DNA of 64,000 nucleotides from Candidatus Nomurabacteria bacterium (GTDB lineage Bacteria > Patescibacteriota > Minisyncoccia > Phycocordibacterales > UBA918). The translations under genes were made by a program, and so were the position numbers. The notes under the pieces are model-generated. The model was not told where the DNA came from and searched no databases. It saw nothing but the letters and a program-made list of their open reading frames with translations. Positions within the stretch are counted from its first letter, which is position 1. Each line of letters begins with the position of its first letter. This document shows, piece after piece, positions 1-15,000 of the stretch. The stretch is from positions 11,244-75,243 of the forward strand of contig CP060227.1 of assembly GCA_023898525.1 (NCBI GenBank). The letters are read 5' to 3'.

Positions 1-3000
1 CTGGTGCTACCGGTAACGCTACTGTGGGTATGAGTGTTAGTGATGGTGCGTCTGGTTTTCAATTTGCTTTGACGCCGGCGTCTATAACTTCAGGAACGAT
101 TATGTCATCAGAAGTTGATTTTGATTGGGTGTCTAATGAAGACGATTGGGGAGATATTAGTTGGAATGTCACTGAGCCGGCAGGAACCGACACATTTTTA
201 AGTGTATATTATTCAAACGCTACTACTTGTGATACTTTGGTTTCTGATGTGGATTTACCTGGTAACAGCGTTGGATTTGATGCGACTTCAACCGGGATGG
301 TTATATCCTCACTCTCCACCTCAACCTATAATCGTATTTGTTTAGAGATGACGCTTGATTTGGGTACGGGTACAACTTCACCAACTTTAAATGATTGGAG
401 TATTAACTGGGATTTGCCAAATCAGGTGCCAAATATACCAGAGTATGATGTTCCACCAGCTTTTGATAACCTTCTGGCTACTTCAACACCTATTTTAGGA
501 GGTTTTGTATCTACTGATTTTGAAAGCGACAACATGGAATACGAGTTCATCTTAGACAATGACTTTGATTTTGGCTCGCCGCTCTTAACTAAACAATCTT
601 CAAATTATCCAACTGACGCCGGTTGGAGCGCTGCCACTTTCGCTTCAGGTGCCACTACCACCTACACCATTCAACCGGCTGACGCTCTAACTGATGGTGT
701 GACGTATTGGTGGAAGGTACGAGCTCGTGATCCGAGTGGGTCTAATGAATGGTCTGATTATTCTGAAGCTAGAAGCGTGACTATCGATATTTCAGTTCTA
801 GAATTAGCTTGGCACCAAACATTGGGATATCAATTTGAAGACGGAGTATTTGATAATGCAGCAACGACAACGGGAGGTGTTTGGCTGGCTTCTACCAGCT
901 CTGCAAGTAGTGTCCCCACCATAGAAAGCTTTACCTCAAACACCGCTCTCACTACTGGAGCTTCTATTACCCTTACCAAACCATCAGGAGTAGAAGTGGG
1001 AGACTTGTTATTAATCATGGTAGGAAATGACGATAATACCGCTACTGCTCAGTGGGATAATGCGACTCTTAAGCCATCTGGTTTTACATTGATAAACGAA
1101 GCTGGAAACGCTACGGCTGATGCACATACAGCTGCTTTCTACAGAATTGCTGACGGTACCGAAGGAGCAACAATCAATGTACCTTCACAAGCTAACGCTG
1201 ATTACTGGGGATACTACGTTCGCGTTTCTGGAGTTGATCAAGTGACTCCAATAAACGTAACCGGAGCAGATTATATGTCTGGTAATAACACCAATCATTC
1301 AGTCACCAGTGTTACTACTGTGACTGACAATTCATTGGCATTTTATCTTTTGGCTGGAGACGGTGGTGATACTTTTCCATTTACAGTTTCCGGTACTGGC
1401 TGGAGTGAAAGTTCAGAAATACAAGCTGGTACCGGCTTTGGTAATGCTGCTGGTGCTTGGGGAACTCGTGATATGACAACTGCTGGTGCTACCGGTAACG
1501 CTACTGTGGGTATGAGTGTTAGTGATGGTGCGTCTGGTTTTCAATTTGCTTTGACGCCGGCGTCTGGTGTAGTGGGGTCTGTGATTTCACCGGAAGTTGA
1601 TTTTGACTGGGTATCTGGACAGACTAATTGGGGTTTAATCGAATGGAATATCACAGAACCAGTTGGGAGTGATACATTGTTACAGGTTTATTATTCCAGC
1701 AGTACTGTTTGTGACACTTTAATACCTGACGGTGATCTTTCTGGAAATGCTGTCGGCTTTGGTATTGATCAAAATAATTTGTTTATTAATTCACTCTCCA
1801 CCTCAACCTATAATCGTATTTGTTTGAGTGTGTCATTTGACCTCGGAGTGGCCGCTAGTTCACCAATTCTTGACGATTGGACTATAAGATGGGTAATACC
1901 AAATCAGGCTCCAAATACACCAACTTTATCGGAGACACCAGCTTTTGATAATTATCGCGCCACTACTACGTTACCAAGTTTAGGAGGTTTTGTATCTACT
2001 GATTTTGAAAGCGACAACATGGAATACGAGTTCATCTTAGACAATGACTTTGATTTTGGCTCGCCGCTCTTAACTAAACAATCTTCAAATTATCCAACTG
2101 ACGCCGGTTGGAGCGCTGCCACTTTCGCTTCAGGTGCCACTACCACCTACACCATTCAACCGGCTGACGCTCTAACTGATGGTGTGACGTATTGGTGGAA
2201 GGTACGAGCTCGTGATCCGAGTGGGTCTAATGAATGGTCTGATTATTCTGAAGCTAGAAGCGTGACTATTAGTACTGCTATTACTATACCAGAGTGGTTT
2301 CAGACCACTGACGATCAATTTGCTTCAAACTTTGCATTAATAAACGCCACTACCAGTGATGGACTTTCTATTGATGCAAGTCCGGTATTGGTAGCAGAGT
2401 TGGATGGTTGGTCGACTGGTAACACAAAAACTATTAGTGATGGTAGTGATAGAGCTTTAATAGTAACTATCATTTCTGAAGATTCTGGAACAAACACAAA
2501 TGTCGATACTGTCACATATGGTGGGCAAACTCTAACTGAGATTGATGATCAGCAAATTGGTACCGGTTTCAGTAATGGAGCTTGGGTTGGTTATTTAGAC
2601 GAAGCTGGTATTCAAGCTGCAGTTGGCACCACTATTACTCCAAGTTGGATTGGTGGTGCACCTGGTAATGGTTTGCAGTACATGTCTGCTGTTTACGAAA
2701 ATGTTAATCAAGATAATCCTGTTCGAGATTATAGTGGTAATGCTTTGACTTCAGGTACTACAATTACTCCAACTGCTTCAATTGATGTTTTTTCCGGTGA
2801 CATGATGATTTATGTAACTGAGACAGAGGATAGTTTAACCCACACTGCCGCCACAGGTTACACTGAAGGAGTAGAGCAGGATACTGGTGGTAATGGGTTT
2901 GTAAACGCCAGTGCTTACAAAGCTATAACTAGTGATGGTAGCGAATACCCTGAAGCCAATTGGTCTGCCTCAGGTAACAGATTATTGATGATAGCTTTTG

Positions 3001-6000
3001 CTTTACAACCAAGTCCAGAAACTGGTTCTGTAATGTCCTCTGAAGTTGATTTTGATTGGGTGCCAAATCAAACTGATTGGGGTGAGGTTATTTGGCATGT
3101 GAATGAGCCGACGGGCACCGAGGTGTTGTTGCGTGTTTACTATTCTAATTCTGCTACTTGTGACACATTGGTACCAGACGGTATTTTAGCAGGTAATTCA
3201 GAGGGAATTGTTTCTGGGGGAAGTCCGCTTGATATTTCAAATCTGTCAACTTCAACCTATAATCGTATTTGTCTAAATGCTACCCTTAGTAAAGGAATAG
3301 CGAGTGTTTCACCAGTCCTTGAGGATTGGGCGGTAAGTTGGGAGAAAAGCCCGATTTATGAGCAAAATGGTTTCTGGTGGTATAATAATACTAATGCTGT
3401 TACGCCAACTGATACTTGGCCACCAGGAGCCACGACCGGGGAGTTGTTACAAAATGAGGTAATTAATAGTACTTATCCAACTAAAACTGGTGATGTGCTA
3501 CGTTTACGTATGGGGGTCGGAGTGACATCAGTGAATTCTTCTGGATCTTCATTTAAATTGCAATATGCTGCTGGAGATATTTGTTCAGAATCATTGGAAT
3601 GGAGTGACGTAGCTCCAATAGGTAGTAGTACAGCATTGTGGAGGGGATACAATAATGTTTCGGTTAGTGACGGAGATACTTTACCAAGTGCTAGCTTGTC
3701 CGCAACAGACAAGTTTGAAACTTATGAAGAAGAAAATGATACATCAGCAATACCTAATGCTATTAATACAGGAGAATACGGAGAATGGGATTGGGTTATA
3801 GAAAACCAAGCTGATTCTGGTACCTCGTATTGTTTCCGTATGGTAACACCTGATGGTAACCGTTTTAAAACCTATACGAATTATCCAAGATTGGTAACCA
3901 ACCAATCTCCGACTGTGGTGTCATACCCTGTACCATTTGATAATGAAAAAATGGCTAGCACTTCGCCCTGGTTTGAATTTACTGGAGTTGATCCGGAAGG
4001 AGAGAATATAGACTATCAGATTCAAATTGATGATGATGTTGACTTTAGCTCACCTGTTGCCGACCACAATTCTGTATCTAATTCAATTTACTTTGAAAAC
4101 CAAGATACGATTTCTGATAAATCACCGTTTAACGATAGTGAGGAAATACGTTACGTAATACCGTCAACTCTTTCAAATGATGTAACTTATTGGTGGAGAG
4201 TCAGAGCTATTGATAGTGAAGCTTCGGCTAATTATGGAGATTGGACAACAGCTAAGAGTTTCACTATTGATACAGGAGTTACAATATCTACTTGGTTTCA
4301 AACCACTGAAGAACAATTTGATACTGACACGTTGGAACAAACAGATGCTACCATATCTGACGATGTTCAGTTAGCGAGTGGACAAAGTTTTGGTACTACA
4401 ACTAGTAGTATGATTGATTTTGATTGGGTAACAATCGGAAATGCTTGGGGTGAATTTTCATTTACTGAGACAGGATCTGCTAATGATATTCTTTATCATA
4501 TAGAATATAATAACGGATCTTCTTGGCAATTAATTCCAGACGCTGATTTAGCGGGGAATGCTTCTGGCTATGATACTTCACCAGTTGATCTGATTGATCT
4601 AGATACTGAGACATATAATCAAATCAGGATTCGTGCTAATTTTGAAAACGGCAGTCCGTCAATTCAGGATTGGACTGTTAATTGGGGGCTTCGAGTTTCG
4701 GTACCAACACATCAACTTTTATTTGATAATGAAAAAACTGGTACTACGTCTCCAACATTTACTTTCTATACCACTGACCCAGAAGGTGATGACTTGGAGT
4801 ATGAATTTTCATGGTCGACTGATGTTACTTTCGCATCTGGTTCTACTACTGTAAATTCCTCTTCTTCACCAGGTTTCGTTAATATCGACAACGGTGCTGA
4901 CACGTCACCTTATTTTACTGGAAATACTATCAGTTACACTATGCAAAGTTCACTAACAGATGGTGTAACTTATTGGTGGCGTACTCGTGCTAAAGATCCG
5001 ACTGGAGGTAATAGCTATTCGTTCTGGTCTGAGCCTTGGAGCTTTACAGTTGATACCACTGCTACCACTTCAACATGGTTTCAGACCACTAAAGAGCAAT
5101 TTGAGACAGACACATTGGCTAGTACTATTGCTTCTACTACTGATTCAATAAGCACTATTCCATCTTCTGTGGTAACTTACAATTTTAATGGAGTTACAAG
5201 TCCGAGCGCTACACATGTCGGGCGGGATTTTGAGGTAGATGTGCTTGATCCAACTGATCCACCAACCGTTGACGCAATAGATACTCTTACTGTGCTTGGT
5301 ACTTCTGCTAGTACTCCAAACTTACGTTCTGGAATCGCTGGTTATGCAAGCGATGCAGAAGCCACAAATGGTCAATATACTTCACTTTCCTCTAGTGATG
5401 ATAATAGATGGACTATTACTGACCCAAACGCTGGTGACAACGCTGTTTTTTGGGCGGAATTTGATATTGCAGAAGATCCAACTAATATAGATCAAATAGA
5501 TATTACACTTGAAGGATTTCAAGGAGCTGCAACCGATGTGGCTTGGCTTGGTATTTGGAGACCAGGAACAACTACTCCGTATTGGCAGGAATTAGATCGT
5601 TTTCAGCAGACCGTTACTGACGGTACTTATACAGGTACTATAACAACTAATATCTCAGAATACTTTGATGGTAACAATAAAATTCATGTAATTTTCTTCA
5701 ATGAAGATGATAATGACTCGCTGTTTGTTGATTATGTGGAAGTGATAATTACTAGTAATAGTGCCAGCTCTGGTTCGGTTATAGGTACACCACTTGACTT
5801 TGATAATGGAAGTGGACCAGCTTGGGGCAGTATGTTTTGGAGTGATAGCGAGCCAGGTAGTAGTTCCTTATATTATCAAGTTGAATATTTGAATGGTATT
5901 GGTGAATGGGAATTGATACCAGATTTAGATTTGTCTGGTAACTCTGCTGGATTTACTACTTCACCAATAGATTTAAAATTACTTAACACTACTACATACA

Positions 6001-9000
6001 ACGAGATTAGACCGGTAGCAAACTTTACCTGTGTAGCTGCTGATTGCCCAACCTTAAACGACTGGACTATAGAATGGTCTCGTGGGTTCACTGTTTCTGG
6101 TACAGCTTATGAGTATGATGGTGTGACTGCCTTAACAACAGGTACTGTAGCGGTAGCAGTAAATGGTGTGTTGCAAACAGGTAAAACTGCAAGTATCTCT
6201 GCAGGTAGTTGGACTATTGATAACGTTACATATTTTGAAGATGATATCGTTACTGTTTTTATAAATGGAGCGACTGATGCTGAAGAAGCGGTTGCGGTAA
6301 CAGCATATGATGGTGTTCCTGATATAACCGGCATGAGATTACAGCAACGACATCTTACAATTGGTTCTGATGATAATGTAGCTATTACTAATGCAAATTT
6401 ACATACTTATGACTTTACTAATGACGAGGATCTTTTCTTTGATGTGGATGGCAGTAATGTGTTGAGTATGTGCGCTGATGTTAGTTGTGAAGATGCAGGT
6501 ATTGTAGTGTTACCAAACAACACCTATAACCCAGGCGCAAATTTAACAACACATGATTTTACCAATGCCGGGACACTAGTGTCAGGAGTGAATACCTTAA
6601 GAGTGTCTGGCTCTTGGGTAAACTCAGCTACCTCCACTATGACTGGCTCAACTGTCATTTTCACCGCTACTTCTACTACTGAAACTATAGATTCAACTGG
6701 TGCGGTCAGTCCAGCGTTTAATAATGTGACATTTGGAGAAACTGCTGGTACTGCTACTTGGACTCTCGGTAGTCTGTTTGATGTTAACGGTGTTTTGACT
6801 ATTGATTATGGTACTTTAAATCGTGGAATAGAAGAAATTTCGGTGGCCGGAAACATTATTACAAATACTAATGGTTATTGGAGCGGTATTGGTACAACTA
6901 CCATTGATGGTACAAATCCAACGACTTGGACAGATAACAATGCTGTTAACCAAAATATAGGGTATGTAGTAGTTGATGGGGTAAGCAAGGTTCTGTTGGC
7001 TGGTAGTAATATAACTATGCAATCTCTAACCATTGAAGCTAATGATATATTTGATTTAAATAACCAAACAGCAACGATAAATGAAGGATGGAATAATCTA
7101 AATACTTTCACTCCGCGGTTGGGAACGATAATATTTGCCGCTACCACAACTAACCATTCAATTACTGTTGGCGGTGATTCATTTTATAACCTTACTTTCA
7201 ATGGTTCGGGTGGTAGTTGGGCGTTTACAGAGCCTGCACTTGTAGTTTCAAATGACTTTACTATCGCAACAGGAACTGTGACTATGCCTACAGCTACAAC
7301 TACAATTTCCGGTTCTTTTGATTCCACAGGCGGAACTTTCGCTCATAATAACGGTGTGATGTATTTTAATTCTGGTTCGGCTGAGACAATTACTTTTGAT
7401 GGTGGTTCGTTCACTAATGCTTCTTACGATTTAACTTTTAATGGAGCTGGAAATTGGACTGTTAATGACGTAAATGCTACCAGCTCAAATGATGTAACAA
7501 TTACTGCTGGAACACTTAATTTTCCTACTGGTGTGTTTTCAATTGGAGGGACGTTAGTTGATACTGGAGGAGTTTATAACGGAGGTAGTGGTACAGTTTT
7601 GTTTTATAGTAGCGCCAGTGAAATTCTGACTGCCGGTGGTTCTGCTTTTAGTAATCTTGAGTTTGATGGAATTGGAAATTGGTCGTTTAGTGACACAAAT
7701 GTTACAGTGTTTGGTGACTTAGTCGTTACTCAAGGAGCTTTAACTTTACCGAACGGTACTTTTAATCTTGGTGGATCGTACACTAATAATAGTACTGTAA
7801 ATCCTGGAACAGGAACTTTGAAATTTAATTCAAACGATATTGGTGAGATATTGAATTTTGGTAGTTCATCACTTTATGATGTTGTTTTTGACAATGTGAC
7901 AGGAGGTTGGACTATTTCCACTCCAGCCACAACCACGAACGATTTTACTTTAACAGATGCTAGTGACTGGACTTTGGCCAGTGGTCAAGTTTTATCGGTT
8001 GGTGGAGTATTTACTAATAATGTCGGTGGTGCCTCGACTACTTGGACAGGTACGACTTTATCGCTTGAAAATGGAAATTATAGTATAAATACTAAATCAG
8101 ACTTAGGGGATAATTATGAAACATTAAGTATTGCTACGAGTACCCATGTTAGAATGTGGAATTCATTGGCTAACTCTCATGTTGTTGACTCCGGTGGTTC
8201 ACTTTATTCACAAGATCACAATTCTGTGGATGGAGATTTGTATATATTTGGAAATTATATAAATACAAATGGCGTGGATTATTGGAGTTATGCCACTGAC
8301 TTTGACGGTGCAGACTTAAGTGGAAGTGAACGTCAGTCAAACGTACGTTTTGCAAATGGTGCAAAAGCAACTTTTGTAAATAGTATAGTAGATATTATTG
8401 GAACAACTTCAGCTTCAACAACGATAGCTAATCAAGGTGCGGGTACATATACGGTTGATTTTAGCGGCGGAACTACTACAGTTCAATATTATGACTTTAC
8501 AGATCTGGGTAGCACTGGTGTTTCATTTTTGGATTCAGTAATCGTTCCTGTTTTAAGAAATGGATCTTATACTGTATCAACACCAGGTGGTTCGGCCATA
8601 ACTCTGTCTTCAACTACAATTGATATCAATCCGGCTAAGCAGGTTTATAATGTTACTTTCGCCACCACGACTCCTATGAGTGGGTATAATATCAGTCAAA
8701 CTGACGGTACTCCTACTTCGTATTGGTGGTTTAGAGAGGGATCAGGTAATCTTAATGGTGAAGCGAATGATAATGATACTGGTGATCCTGGTTCAGTTCG
8801 TTTTGATGATAGTTCACTTACTATTACTGTTGCTGGCGCAGTGTATCAAGATGATGGAATCAGTCCGATTATTGGTGGTACATGTGATGGAGTTACAAAT
8901 AGTGTTCGATTGGTGGTTAATGGAAGTACTACATATGATGGCTCTTGCAGTAATATAGATGGTACATATAGTATTTCTGGTGTGGTGATAGTAGGTGATC

Positions 9001-12000
9001 CAACTTTGACTATTTATCTAAATGATGCATCAGGCGGAGAGAAGGGGTCAGTGATAACCCGAACACCAACATCTGATATTCTGGATCTAGATATATATGC
9101 CAACCGAGTTATTGTTCGTAACGAAGACGTTGATGCTGTAACGATAGCCAATATGGCTACGTACGATTCAGACGATGATATTGATCTAAGTTTCACTGCT
9201 TCCACAGGAACCACTCCTGTGCTTGTAACTAATCAAAATACAGAACTTTATGTTTGGCAAAACAAAACCTTTGTTCCTGGTGGAGCAATTACTCTTAGTG
9301 CAAACAGTCAAGCAAATAGCTATGATGGTTCTTTGGTGTTAGCAACATCATCTACGTTTGTTGCTAACGGTACCAGCACTTATATTATTGGTGGGCGGTT
9401 GGTGCAGGGTAGTGGAGCTTCTTTCGTACCGGCTTCTTCTACTGTCATTATGAATGCAACTACTAGTGGTAAGAGTATTACTGCTAATGAATTGGTCAAT
9501 TTCTACGACCTAACCTTTAGTGGAATAGGTGGTGGTTGGAACATTGGAGCAAATATAGAGGTGGATAATAATATGCTTATTTCCACCGGAACAGTTACTG
9601 GTACTGGAGATATAACTATCTTAAATGGATCGTTGACTGGTGACGGAACTTTGTCATTAGGAGGTGGAACCACCACTATGTCTGTCAGTAACAATTTGGG
9701 TGGTAATACCGCTTGGACTTTCTACAATTTAACTCTCGGTAACGGTCTAGTAGTCGGAACTACTACTCCATTGTTTACAGCTACTACCACAGTGTCAGGT
9801 ACTTTAACAATCGCTAATGCACACTTCTTGGATGCAGGCAGTACGATTTGGGATTTGGCAGGAACAGGTACTGTCTTTACTGGATCTGGAACTTTTATTT
9901 ATGATACTAGTACTGTGCGTTACAGTGGAGCAGGAGCTGATGTAACGTCACTTAATTACTACAATCTTGATATAAATGCTGGATCTGGTTCGCAGACTTA
10001 TACATCTACTGGTCTTGGGATCTCTGTTAATAACAGCTTAACCATCGGTGGAGAAGCTAGTACTACTTTTGACCTAAACACCAATGATGTTGCTGTTGCT
10101 GTTTCTGGTGACGTGGTTATTCAGAACAATGGTTCTTTTATAGCTAGTGATAGTGCATTACTGTCTGTGGCTGGTGATTGGTTAAACTATGGTAGTTTTA
10201 CCCATAACTCAGGTACAGTAACCTTTGATACACCTACTGCTACAAATATAAATGCTGGTTTATCAGCTTTCGGTTCTGTTGATATCAATGGGGTTGGTTC
10301 ATTTACTGTGTTGTCGCACGCTACAGCTACTAATGCTTGGTCACTTTCTAATCATTCTTCATTTACGCTTTCAGGTGGTCAGACTTTAGCAGTGGGTGGA
10401 ATTTTCTCAAATAACCTGGCTGGTGGCGCTACTACTTGGAGTAGTTCTACTTTAGCTTTGTATGGTGGTGGTAATTATGAGATAAATGCTTCGACCACAA
10501 ATGACACATATGGTACATTGGAAGTTAGAGATACAACACAGATTCGAATGTGGAATTCCGATGCTTCTAGTTACGACGTTAATTCAACTGCTTCTTTATA
10601 TTCACAGGATCATGGTAATGTTGATGGAACGTTAAATATTTATGGAACATACTCCAATTCTATACTCGTCGATGAATGGAGTTATACCATTGATTTTGAT
10701 GGTACCGATTTAACTGGCGGAAATGAGCGGCCAGTTACTGTACAATTTGCTTCTGGTTCAGGTGTTGTTTTGTCAGCTGGCGGAACATTAAATGTTATTG
10801 GTAATCCAATTGCTTCAACTACTATCACAAATCAAGGGTCAGGTACGTATGGTATCTCTGTAACTGGCGGTAGTACAAATTGGTCTTACTACGAGTTGCG
10901 TAACTTAAATGCCACAGGTCTTTCGTTTTCAGGAACTCCAACAGTAACCACATTATCTAATGGAGATATTGAATTAGCTGTAACTGGTGGTACAGGAATT
11001 TCTGTAACTGATTCTGTTATAGATAATAATCCAGCTAAGACCTTTACTGGAAATAGATTTGCTCTTGGCGCTGCAGCTACAGGTTTTAATGTGACTGCGA
11101 CTGGTACTTCAGTAAGCTCTTGGCGCTTTACTAATCACTTTGGTGGCTATGATGGTGAATCTTTTGATAATGATCCTGACGGTGATCCGGGGTATATAGT
11201 CTGGGATGATTCAGCTGCCTTAATCACAATATCTGGAAAGGTTTATAGTGATGAAGGTTCTACCATATCCACTATTTGTGATGGAAGTACTACCAATATT
11301 TCTCTGGAAGTGGCTGGTTTAACAAATTACCTTGCAAGTTGCGATTCCGGTACTGGTTCTTATAGTATTACTAACGTAGCTTACAGTCCTGGAGATTCAT
11401 TTGTAGTTTATATTGATGGAGAATCTGCTAAAGCTGCTACTGTAAGTTCCGCTCCAATTTCTAGTATTGGCAACTTTAATCTCTATGAAAATAGAGTAAT
11501 TGTGCGACACGAGGGTGTTGATCCTTTGACCATTGATGATATGTCAGTATGGGATTCTTCTGATGATCCTGATATACCATTTACAGCGATCAGTAGTAGT
11601 CCAGACACTCTTGATTTGCCAGCTAACTATAAATTGATAGTTTGGACAGGAAAGACTTTTACTCCCGAAGGTGATGTGACCATTGCTGGGGGTGGAGCTG
11701 GTCAACCTTATGATGGAACTTTGGAATTATATGCTAATTCAGTCTTTGATTCAGGAACCGGCAATACACACACTATCGGAGGTAGTTTTGTTGCTAGTTC
11801 AACAGCGACCTTTAATGCCGGTACTTCCAATATAATTTTGACTACTACTGGTAGTAATCGTTCTGTGTTAGTTAATGAAAACCCTTTCTTTAATTTAACC
11901 TTCAACGGAAGTGGTAGTTGGTATATTATTGACCCTAATATTTATGTCAATAACGATGTAACTATTACTAGTGGTGTAGTTACTATGCCGATTGCCACCA

Positions 12001-15000
12001 GTACTTTTGCAGGTTCGTTTGAAAATAATGGTGGAAGCTTTGTCGCGAGTGCAGTCTCCTTGTTCACAAGTACTTCATCAGGTAAAAATATTAGATTTGG
12101 CGGTTCTAGTTTTACTAAAATGCAGTTTACTGGTTTTGGTGATTGGACCATTATCGATACAGATGCTACATCAACTGGTTCAATAATTAAAACTGATGGC
12201 GCGCTTACTTTGCCGTCAGGTCAGTTTGCTGTTGGTGCAGATTTTCTAAATGAATCGGGTAGTATTGATCATAATAATGGTGAGCTTGTATTATTCAGTA
12301 CTAGCTCAAATATGCTTCAGGCAACAGGTTCAGACTTATACGCAGTCACGTTTGCCGGTAATGGAAACTATACTATACTTGATACAAACTTAACTTTAAT
12401 AGAATCGTTAACGATTTCAACTGGAACAGTCACTTTCGCTTCAGGAACTTTGTCGATCGGTGGGTCGTTTGATGCTAGCGGTGGTTTATTCAATAATTCA
12501 ACTGGAACTGTGTTGTTGAACAGTACTACAACTGGAAGAATTATTGATCCAGGAACTAGTGCGTTCTATGATCTGCAAATAGGCGCTCCAGCTGGAGGAT
12601 ATACGTTAATAGCTTCTGCAACCACCACGAATAATTTCACTATTGCTTCAGTTGGTAATTTTGTTACCCAAAGTAGTCCTACCATATATGTGGGTGGGGT
12701 GTTCACGAATAGTGTGGGTGGAGGAGCGACTGATTGGGTGGGGAGTACTTTATATCTGGATGGTCAAAGTGCTTATACTATTAACACAAAAGCAGTTGGT
12801 GGTGATAATTATAATGTGTTGAATATTGGTGTTAATAGCGATATAAGAATGTGGAATTCTGCAGCTACTACTACACAAATAGATACAAACGCTTCCTTGT
12901 ATTCACAAGATCATAATGTTGTGGATGGGGATCTGTATATTTATGGTGATTTTACTATTGCTACTACTACTGAGTATTGGAATTACGCGACTGATTTTGA
13001 TGGTACTGATATTTCTGGTTTTGAGCGTCAAGTAAATGTTCATCAAGCTACAAATTCAACCACTACACTACAAAGTGGAACCCTTAATGTTGTTGGAGTG
13101 AATGGTAATAAAACTAATATAACCAATCAGGGAAGTGGTACATATGCCTTTGATTTAACCGGCGGTACATTTAATGCTTTATACTATGCTTTTAGCAATC
13201 TTGATGTTAACGGTTTAAATATTTCAGGTACGCCAACTCTTACTTCTCTCTCGAATGGTGATTTTGAATTAGCTGTAAATGGAGGTACTTTAATTAAAGT
13301 AACCGATCAAGCATTAAATGCTAATGCTTCAAAAGTTGTTACTGGTAATAGTTTTTCTACTACGACCGCGATCGCTGGAGCGAATGTGACTTTAGTTGGG
13401 TCGACAACCAACGTGTGGACATTTGTCAGTCATACCGGAAACTTAGATGGTGAAGATTTTGATGTAGATGATGGTACAGAGTGTGGATCTATACGGTGGA
13501 GTAACAGTTCGTGCCTTTTGACGCAACAAACAAATTTCCGTTGGCGAAGCGATGACGGAGGAGCGCAGGTTCCAGACAATGAATGGTTTGATGTTAATTG
13601 GAATGCTCGCAAACAAGTTCGTATTAAGAATGTTGATCCAGCTACTTACACCGATGCCGCTATACAAATTTTTGTAGCTTATGACACTGATATGCAAGCT
13701 GACTTTGATGACCTTAGATTTACTGATAGTACCGGAATAAGTGAGATACCTTATTGGTTAGGTTCGACTACTAATGCTGTGGCTGCAGAGGTATGGGTAA
13801 AGGTGCCAAGTTTAACCGCCAATGAAACTACATCAGTTTTCATGTATTACAATAATCCAACTGCCACATCTACTAGTTCAAGTACCCAGGTATTTATAGC
13901 CACGGATGACTTTGAAGATAATAATATTTCTGAATACAGCGGTCAAACAAGTCTATTTGGAACCGGAACTAGCTATAATTATGATGGAACATATGGCCTA
14001 GATAATCTAGGGAATGAGTCTGGTCGTGCTAACCTTGGTGGTATTTATAGATTTGATCAAACTGTAAGTCAAGGTGAAACTTTCAGATATTTACAATATA
14101 TTGATACATCAGCTGGTTCTGGAGATGAGGTTTGTACTATGTTTGGTGTTCAGTCACCTGGTTCAACTAACCAAAATTACGCAGTTTGTTTGGAACAATT
14201 TGGTATTGATAGAGTGTCTTTGGTGAAAGATGTGGTTGATAATGATAGTTCAGGTACGATTCTAGCCTCGTCTACTATTACATATTCAACTGGTTGGTAT
14301 GAAGTGGAAATTGATTGGGGAACCGATAATAATATTTTTGTTTCTTTGTATGATTCTGCCAACACTTTAGTAGCTACAACATCAGTAACTGATAGTACTT
14401 ATACGTCTGGTGGTTATGGTTTTACTTATTGGTTCCACAATGGTGGATGGGATAGTATCAGTTCACGTCCAACTTTAACAAACGAGCCAACTATTTATTT
14501 TGGAGTTGAACAAGTTGATGGTGGTGCGACTTGGGAGGCTGCGCAAAATAGTCCTACATCATTTAATGTTAGTGATGTTGCTCGACTTAGAATATCAATT
14601 GATAATACCGGTTTACCTATTACAAACCAACAATTTTTGCTTGAGTACGCACCGCTTGGTGTAGCTCCAAGTTGTGAAGCTGTCGCTTCAATTGGTTACT
14701 CATCTGTTCCATCGCAAGCTAGCTGTGGAACATCCCCAGTCTGTATGCAAAGTTCAACACATATTACAAATGGTGAATCTACAGTTGATTTGCTAACAAA
14801 TGTAAGTGGAATATTTGTTCCAGGAGAAGTGAGAGAAGATCCGACGAATATTACCAGTAATCTAGATGTTGACCAAAATGAATATGTAGAGTTGGAGTAT
14901 GTTATTATACCGACCAATAATGTGGTTGATGAGAACTTATGTTTTAGAGTAACAAATAATGGTGTTGATTTGGATACATATTTAAGTGTTGCAGAACTTC

